Positions 58,305 through 64,000 of a stretch of 64,000 nt of DNA are shown here, piece by piece (the stretch's first letter is position 1; each line of letters starts with the position of its first letter). The notes beneath the pieces are model-generated. The model saw nothing but the letters and a program-made list of their open reading frames with translations, searched no databases and was not told the DNA's origin. Origin of the DNA: Alphaproteobacteria bacterium (GTDB lineage Bacteria > Pseudomonadota > Alphaproteobacteria > UBA828); assembly GCA_965221125.1 (NCBI GenBank), contig CBDCRW010000005.1, positions 576,001 to 640,000 on the forward strand, written 5' to 3'. Made by a program: the position numbers and the translations under genes.

Positions 58305-59972
58305 TCAGATTGGGTATTCGATCTTGCCCAGGCGGGCCGAGAGCTTCATGTTCTCGCCGTAGTCGATGGGCACGCCGATCACCGCAGGCCCCGGCTGGCT
58401 GAAGGCCTCCTCCAGCGCCGGGCCGAGCTCGTCGGCCTTCTCGATGGTTCGCCCCCAGGCGCCGTAGGACTGCGCCCAGAGCGCGAGATCCGGGTTGGTG
58501 AAGGAGAGGTCGAAGTGGCGGCCGTCGAAGGCGTTCCGCTGCTTCCACTCGATGAGCCCGTAGGCGCCGTCCATCCAGATCATGGCGACGACGTTGAGCT
58601 TGCGCCTGACGGCGGTCTCCATGTCCTGCGCGTTCATGAAGAAGCCGGCGTCGCCGTTGATCGAGAGGACGCGGCGGTCGGGCATGGCGATCTTGGCCCC
58701 GAGCGAGCCGGGGAAGGCGAAGCCCATGGTGCAGAAGCCGTTGGAGATGAGGCAGGTGTTGGGCTCGTCGCACTGGTAGTAGCGGGCGATCCACATCTTG
58801 TGCGCGCCCACGTCGGAGAGCAGCACGTCCCCCGGCCCCATGAACGCGCGCACGTCGTGGAGCACCTTCTGCGGGCGCATGGGGAAGTGGCTGCTGCCCC
58901 GCTCGGCAGTGAGATCGTCGTGGATGGTGTGGCGGAGCGCCTGGCGCTCGCCGATGTCGAAGAGCGGCAGGCTCGGGCCGCCCTCCCTGGCGCGGCGCTC
59001 GATCTCCTCGTTGATCTGCCAGAGCGCATCGGCGATGTCGCCTTGCACGTCCACCGCCACGTCGTAGTCGCCGTCCACCTCGGCGGGCCAGAAGTCGATA
59101 TGGACGATGGTCTTGTCTGCCCCGCGGTTCCAGAAGGCCGGCGAATACTCCACCAGGTCGTAGCCGACGGAGACGATGACGTCGGCCTCGCGCAAGGCAC
59201 CGATGATGTGGTCCTTGCCCTGGAGGCCCACGGTGAAGAGGCAGTGCTCGTCGCCCCTCGGCACGGCGCCCTTGCCCATGAAGGTATTGACGACGCCGAT
59301 GCCGGTGAGTTCCGCGAGGCGCCGGAGCTGGGTCGAGGCGCGCTTGCGGATGGCGCCGTTGCCGGCGAGGATCAGCGGGCTTTTCGCGCCCACGATCGCG
59401 TCCACGGCGCGGGCCACCGCCTTGTAGTCGGCGCCGGGGCGCCGCGTCTTGACGGGGGCAATGGGCGCGCCCGCTGCCTCGTGCTCGGCGATGTCCTCCG
59501 GCAGCTCGATCAGCACCGCACCGGGCTTCTCGGCCTCGGCGACCTTGAAGGCCTTGCGCACGATCTCGGGGATGTTGTCCGGCTGGTGCACCGTCTGCGC
59601 CCAATTGGTGATGGGGCGGAACATGGAGACCGAGTCCATGTTCTGGTGGCTCTCCTTGTGGAGGCGCTGGGTGCCGGCCTGGCCGATGAGGCAGACCAGG
59701 GGCGCGCGGTCCATGTTGGCGTCGGCGACGCCGGTCACGAGATTGGTCGCGCCCGGGCCGAGGGTGCCGAGGCAGACCCCGGCCTTGCCCGTGAGCCGGC
59801 CGTAGACGTCGGCCATGAAGGCCGCCGCCTGCTCGTGGCGGCAGAGGACGAAGTCGATGTCACTCTCGATCAGCGACATCATCACGTCGGCGTTCTCTTC
59901 GCCGGGAATGCCGAAGATATGGGTCACGCCCTCGGTTTCGAGGCACTTGACCAGAAGATCGGACGCTTTCAT
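58305..59972 (-). CDS. Acetolactate synthase large subunit family protein
   Basis: FGIPGEEN, RHEQAAAFMA, LGPGATN, DVGAHK, GDAGF. Confidence 0.92.
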   Translation of the reverse strand: MKASDLLVKCLETEGVTHIFGIPGEENADVMMSLIESDIDFVLCRHEQAAAFMADVYGRLTGKAGVCLGTLGPGATNLVTGVADANMDRAPLVCLIGQAGTQRLHKESHQNMDSVSMFRPITNWAQTVHQPDNIPEIVRKAFKVAEAEKPGAVLIELPEDIAEHEAAGAPIAPVKTRRPGADYKAVARAVDAIVGAKSPLILAGNGAIRKRASTQLRRLAELTGIGVVNTFMGKGAVPRGDEHCLFTVGLQGKDHIIGALREADVIVSVGYDLVEYSPAFWNRGADKTIVHIDFWPAEVDGDYDVAVDVQGDIADALWQINEEIERRAREGGPSLPLFDIGERQALRHTIHDDLTAERGSSHFPMRPQKVLHDVRAFMGPGDVLLSDVGAHKMWIARYYQCDEPNTCLISNGFCTMGFAFPGSLGAKIAMPDRRVLSINGDAGFFMNAQDMETAVRRKLNVVAMIWMDGAYGLIEWKQRNAFDGRHFDLSFTNPDLALWAQSYGAWGRTIEKADELGPALEEAFSQPGPAVIGVPIDYGENMKLSARLGKIEYPI

Positions 59973-60140
59973 GCAGCCCCCTTCCAGGGCGCGGTCTCGC
60001 CTTCTGCGCCCGCCTGAGTGCGCGGCGCACGATGCGGCCGCGGTACGCTCAAGTCAACGCGCCTGCGGCGTGGATCACGTCGCTGTTTGAAGAGTTGAAT
60101 GATCGTCCCAAGCGAACGTTCTGCGCGACGCTGGCTTGAC

Positions 60141-60314
60141 CTAATCGCGAGATGGAGGGAAGCGCGGCTTATCCTGCATCGCCTCAGCGTCGTCTTCGTG
60201 CGCCTGCCGCGCGATATCCTCCTCGCTCGTCGTATCCAGCACCGCATGATCGACCCGCCCCGGAGGAAGGCTGCGGCGATCGTCCGGGTCAATCTTGACG
60301 CGTGTCCTGCTCAT
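60141..60314 (-). pseudogene. Truncated antitoxin (N-terminus of an XRE-HTH antitoxin of BrnT-type modules), 57 aa
   Basis: Manual translation MSRTRVKIDPDDRRSLPPGRVDHAVLDTTSEEDIARQAHEDDAEAMQDKPRFPPSRD*; GGAGG upstream; no HTH. Confidence 0.55.
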
Positions 60315-60360
60315 ACTCCCGAACCTCCTTGGCCTTGCGCGCTGAAATGATGCGGCACGC
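60289..60360 (-). pseudogene. BrnT-family toxin C-terminal remnant
   Basis: ACRIISARKAKEVREYEQDTRQD* carries the RIISARKA motif and overlaps the antitoxin start. Confidence 0.6.
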
Positions 60361-60362
60361 GC

Positions 60363-62777
60363 CTAACCCGCGTCTTCGCCCGAGCTGCTGCCCGCATCCT
60401 CCGGCCCGTCGGCGGTCCGCTGGCGGGGCGTGCGATCGCGCTGCTCTGCCCGTCTCTTCCGCTCCGCCTTGTCGTCACCGGAGGCGGGCGGCGACGCCGG
60501 GCCGTCCCCGTCCCCGCGCGCTTCCTCGATGACCACGCGGGCGGCAGGCGCCCGGCCCTGCTTGTCCTCGCCGAAGTAGATCTGGGTGTGGGGGAAGGGA
60601 ATCTCGATGCCGCGTTCGTCGAAGGCGGCCTTGAGCCTGCGGTTGTACTCCCGCCCGGTCGCCCACTGCGTGAGCGGCCTGGTCTTGAGCCGGGCGCGGA
60701 CGATGACGGCCGAGTCGCCAAAACTGTTGAGGCCCATGATCTCCAGCGGCTCCAGCATGTTGGGGCCGTGCTCGGGGTCCCGCTGCAGGTCGGCGCCCAC
60801 CTCGCGCATGACGCCCGCCACCTCGTCGTAGTCCTCGCGGTAGGCCACGCCCATGTCGATCAGGTAGTAAGAGAACTCCTTGGTCATGTTGGAGATCGTG
60901 TCGACCGAGCTGTAGGGCACGGTGTGCACCTGCCCCTGCAGGTCCCGCATCCGGATCGTGCGGATGGTGATCGCCTCGACCGTGCCGGTATGGCCGCCGG
61001 CGGTCACCACGTCGCCGACGGCGACGCTGTCCTCCAGCAGGATGAAGAGCCCGGTGATGATGTCCTTCACCAGGGTCTGCGCGCCGAAGCCGATGGCGAG
61101 GCCGGCGACGCCGACGCCCGCCAGCACCGGCGCGATGTCGATGCCGATCTCGGAGAGGATCATCAGCGCCGCGATGATGCCGACGACGACGCGGAGCGCG
61201 TTGCGCGCGAGCGGCAGCAGCGTTCGCGCGCGCTGGCTCCGCTCCACCATCTCGCCCTTCTCGTCGACCTGAGTCAGGTAGCGGTCGATCAGGGTCGTCG
61301 CCACTTCCAGCACGATCGTGGCGATCAGCGCGATGGCGACGATGGAGGCGAGCGTCGCGATGACGGTGCGGCCCGTCTCGCTCGCGAGCCAGGTGAAGAT
61401 GTCGGCGTTCCAGGCCTCGAGGATGAGGCAGATCCCCAGCAGCAGGATCACCGCCTGCGCCGCGCGCCGCGCCACCGGCAGGTAGCGGTTGACCCTGGCC
61501 TGGAGCCCCGGATAGCGCTCGTGCAGCTCGGCGCGAATGCGGAAGCCCCGCTCGAAGGCGCGGCGGACGCCTGCGAAGCCGAAGCCCGTGGCCCAGGCGA
61601 TGACGACCGTGGCGGCGCTCCCCTTGACGAGGAAGAGGAAACCCTCGAGCCCCTCTGCCGCCGCCAGCAGCCCGCCGGCGACGACGTAGAGGATCGCCGG
61701 GATGTGCCAGAAATCCGCGAGCTTGCCGAGGAACGCGAAGACCCGCAGGTGCGCCCGCGTGCCGCTGGTCCGCCCGGTCTCGTGCAGCCAGCGCGCGAAG
61801 GCGATGCGGTTCTGCAGGATGAAGGTGATGAGGAGACCGACCAGGAGGACGCCGAGCAGGCGCACCAGCGCGGCATAGCCGCTCTCCGGCAGGCCGAGCA
61901 GCAGGGCCGCCTGGCAGAAGACGTAGCCGTAGGCCCCGATGTTCACCAGGCGCCGCCACCAGACCGAGCAATAGGCGGCGTTCTCGTCGCTGATCGGGGC
62001 GAGGCGCAGCTGCGGCGCGTAAGGCGCCAGCACCAGCGTGCCGGCCGCCTTGACCACGCTCACGATGAGGTGGGCGTTGATGATCGCAAGCGCGATCACG
62101 CGCAGCGCATCGGCCGGCGAGATGACGGTGAGGACGCCGTAGGCCACGCCGGCGGCGATCAGGTTGGGCGCCGCCCGGAGCACGGCGTGATAGAGCAGCA
62201 GCGGAGGCCGCAGCCAGAGGGAGGGCGCCTCCCGCCGCTCCACCCGGCGCCTGAGCGTGGTGAGCGCGTAGAAGGCGATCAGCCCGCCGGCGATGCCTGC
62301 GGCGATCACCGCGACCAGCTTGCCGAAGGAGATCAGCCAGGCGTCGCGCTCGTCGGGCTCGCCCCAGTGCTCGATGAGCCAGGCGATGGCATCGGGGATG
62401 CCGGCGATCTCCCGCGCGAGTGCCACGATGTGCTTGCCAAGCACGGCGACCCCGTCGGAGATCGCCCGCATGGCGGATGCACCCTCGGCATCCGCGCTCT
62501 CCTCCTCGGCCTGCCGGGCATCGAGCGCGGCCTTCAAATCGGCGAGGAAGCGCGCGCGCTGCTCCTCCGATTCGAGGGTCTCGACGAGGTTCTCGAGGGC
62601 CTGGGCATCCGCCGCGTCGGCGGCAGGCGCGCTCTCCTGCGCGAGCGCCGGCGCGCTTGCGGCGAGCCAGAGCGCCGTCAGGCACAGCGCCACCCAGCTC
62701 ACGATCCATGCGCGCGAGGGGCTCAGGCGCGGCCTCTGGACACCCGGCGGAAGCGCGTGCCAGAGTGCCGCCGCCAT
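60363..62777 (-). CDS. MscS-family mechanosensitive channel (YbiO-like)
   Basis: Many TM helices; GLAIGFGAQTLVKDIITGLF, VGDVV, GREYNRRLK, IEIPFP; start uncertain. Confidence 0.9.
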   Translation of the reverse strand: MAAALWHALPPGVQRPRLSPSRAWIVSWVALCLTALWLAASAPALAQESAPAADAADAQALENLVETLESEEQRARFLADLKAALDARQAEEESADAEGASAMRAISDGVAVLGKHIVALAREIAGIPDAIAWLIEHWGEPDERDAWLISFGKLVAVIAAGIAGGLIAFYALTTLRRRVERREAPSLWLRPPLLLYHAVLRAAPNLIAAGVAYGVLTVISPADALRVIALAIINAHLIVSVVKAAGTLVLAPYAPQLRLAPISDENAAYCSVWWRRLVNIGAYGYVFCQAALLLGLPESGYAALVRLLGVLLVGLLITFILQNRIAFARWLHETGRTSGTRAHLRVFAFLGKLADFWHIPAILYVVAGGLLAAAEGLEGFLFLVKGSAATVVIAWATGFGFAGVRRAFERGFRIRAELHERYPGLQARVNRYLPVARRAAQAVILLLGICLILEAWNADIFTWLASETGRTVIATLASIVAIALIATIVLEVATTLIDRYLTQVDEKGEMVERSQRARTLLPLARNALRVVVGIIAALMILSEIGIDIAPVLAGVGVAGLAIGFGAQTLVKDIITGLFILLEDSVAVGDVVTAGGHTGTVEAITIRTIRMRDLQGQVHTVPYSSVDTISNMTKEFSYYLIDMGVAYREDYDEVAGVMREVGADLQRDPEHGPNMLEPLEIMGLNSFGDSAVIVRARLKTRPLTQWATGREYNRRLKAAFDERGIEIPFPHTQIYFGEDKQGRAPAARVVIEEARGDGDGPASPPASGDDKAERKRRAEQRDRTPRQRTADGPEDAGSSSGEDAG

Positions 62778-62799
62778 GCGATGCACCGGGAGGGACGAC

Positions 62800-63147
62800 A
62801 TGGCGGTGACTATTTACCACAACCCGCGCTGCTCCAAGTCCCGTCAAGCGTTGCAGTTGTTGCGGGACCGGGGCGTCGAGCCGGAAATCGTGGAGTACCT
62901 GACGTCGCCGCCGTCCGCCGACGAGATCGACGCGGTGCTCGCCAAGCTCAGCCTGGAGCCGCGCGCGGTGATGCGCGCGAAGGAGGCCGCCTACCGCGAG
63001 GCCGGCATGGGCGACGAGGGCCTCTCGCGGCGCGCGCTGATCGACCTCATGGTCGCCAATCCCGTCGTGATCGAGCGGCCGATCGTGGTGAACGGCGAGC
63101 GCGCGGCCCTCGGCCGCCCGCCCGAGAACGTGCTCTCGGTCCTCTAG
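62800..63147 (+). CDS. arsC: Arsenate reductase (glutaredoxin), ArsC family
   Basis: IYHNPRCSKSR, IERPIV, GRPPE. Confidence 0.88.
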   Translation: MAVTIYHNPRCSKSRQALQLLRDRGVEPEIVEYLTSPPSADEIDAVLAKLSLEPRAVMRAKEAAYREAGMGDEGLSRRALIDLMVANPVVIERPIVVNGERAALGRPPENVLSVL

Positions 63148-64000
63148 GTGCCCGTGGCGCTGCCGGTCGTCTTCCACCCGGACTACACCGTCCCGCTGCC
63201 GCCCGGCCATCGCTTCCCCATCGGCAAGTTCGGCCGGATCAAGGACGTGCTGCTGGAGGACGGCGTGATCGCGCCGTCCGATCTGGTGGAGCCCGTGCCT
63301 GCGAGCCAGGCGTGGCTCACGCGCGCCCATGACGAGGCCTACGTCGACGCGGTGATGGCGTTGGCACTCGACCGCCGGGCGGTGCGGCGCTTAGGGTTGC
63401 CGCTCTCCGACGCGCTGGTGCGCCGCGGGCGCGCGGCGGTCGGCGGGACCGTGCTCGCGGGCCGGCTTGCGCTCAGGCACGGGCTCGCCTGCAACACGGC
63501 GGGTGGCAGCCACCACGCCTTCGCCAATCACGGCGCGGGCTTCTGCCTCTTCAACGATGTCGCCGTCGCCATCCGCGTGCTGCGGGGCGAGGGGCTGATC
63601 GAGCGCGCGCTGGTGGTCGATCTCGACGTCCACCAGGGCGACGGCACCGCCGCGATCTTCCGGGGCGAGCCGGAGACCTTCACCTTCTCGCTCCACTGCG
63701 AGGCGAACTACCCGCCCGCCAAGGAGACGAGCGACCTCGACATCGGCGTGCCCCCCGGCACCGGCGATGCGGTCTACCACTCGGTGCTCGCGACCCACCT
63801 GCCGGGCCTCGTCGCCCGCCATCGGCCCGACATCGTGTTCTACAATGCCGGCGTCGATCCCCACGCCGAGGACAAGCTCGGCCGGCTCGCCCTCACGGGC
63901 GAGGGGATCGCCAGGCGCGACCGCTACGTGATCGAGACCTGCCGCGCCGCCGGCGTGGCGTGCGCCTGCGTCGTCGGCGGCGGCTATGCCGACGATCTCG
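63148..64000 (+). CDS. Histone deacetylase family protein (runs off the window end)
   Basis: Not in the ORF track. Manual translation: [43 protein letters not shown]. Confidence 0.9.
   Translation, partial: MPVALPVVFHPDYTVPLPPGHRFPIGKFGRIKDVLLEDGVIAPSDLVEPVPASQAWLTRAHDEAYVDAVMALALDRRAVRRLGLPLSDALVRRGRAAVGGTVLAGRLALRHGLACNTAGGSHHAFANHGAGFCLFNDVAVAIRVLRGEGLIERALVVDLDVHQGDGTAAIFRGEPETFTFSLHCEANYPPAKETSDLDIGVPPGTGDAVYHSVLATHLPGLVARHRPDIVFYNAGVDPHAEDKLGRLALTGEGIARRDRYVIETCRAAGVACACVVGGGYADDL

Noticed and set aside
58273-60061. 12-bp direct repeat CAAGTCAACGCG flanking the ALS gene, suggestive of a target duplication
   Set aside because: Both copies read CGCG-TTGACT-TG on the minus strand with a -10-like hexamer 17 nt downstream, so they are better explained as promoters of argD and the ALS gene
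60099-60350. 83-aa plus-strand ORF
   Set aside because: Antisense to the TA remnant, which has recognisable motifs and an RBS
62800-63147. Arsenic resistance operon
   Set aside because: arsC stands alone, with no arsR, arsB or acr3

Overview
High-GC (about 70% by eye) Alphaproteobacterial chromosome segment, probably Rhodospirillales-like (MucR/Ros, rpoA N-terminus KNWQELIKP, coaBC-dut, Zn-finger DinB). Core genes: hemF, coaBC, dut, moeB, a free-standing rpsM-rpsK-rpoA-rplQ operon, gcdH, dinB, argF, argD (1-bp frameshift), arsC, mscS. These are interleaved with catabolic clusters: a pyridoxine 4-oxidase-like GMC cluster, otnK-otnC, a PotABCD-like ABC transporter and two hydantoinase/oxoprolinase operons. 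Best leads: (1) a 967-bp lower-GC, integrase-less islet in the 3' end of dinB, bounded by 27-bp direct repeats and carrying one HTH protein, a terminator and four GACA-N3-RTGWS boxes (possible mini-satellite or island relic); (2) a halohydrin dehalogenase inside a hydantoinase operon; (3) a GntR-controlled operon whose LeuCD-like pair has the catalytic GSSRE motif replaced by GHPHF; (4) a structured MITE-like element next to a 10-bp phased array, and short palindromes sitting on TAG stop codons; (5) decayed cysK and BrnT/HTH toxin-antitoxin remnants. I saw no tRNA, rRNA, CRISPR array, integrase or transposase. All family assignments come from motif recognition by eye; no database search was run.
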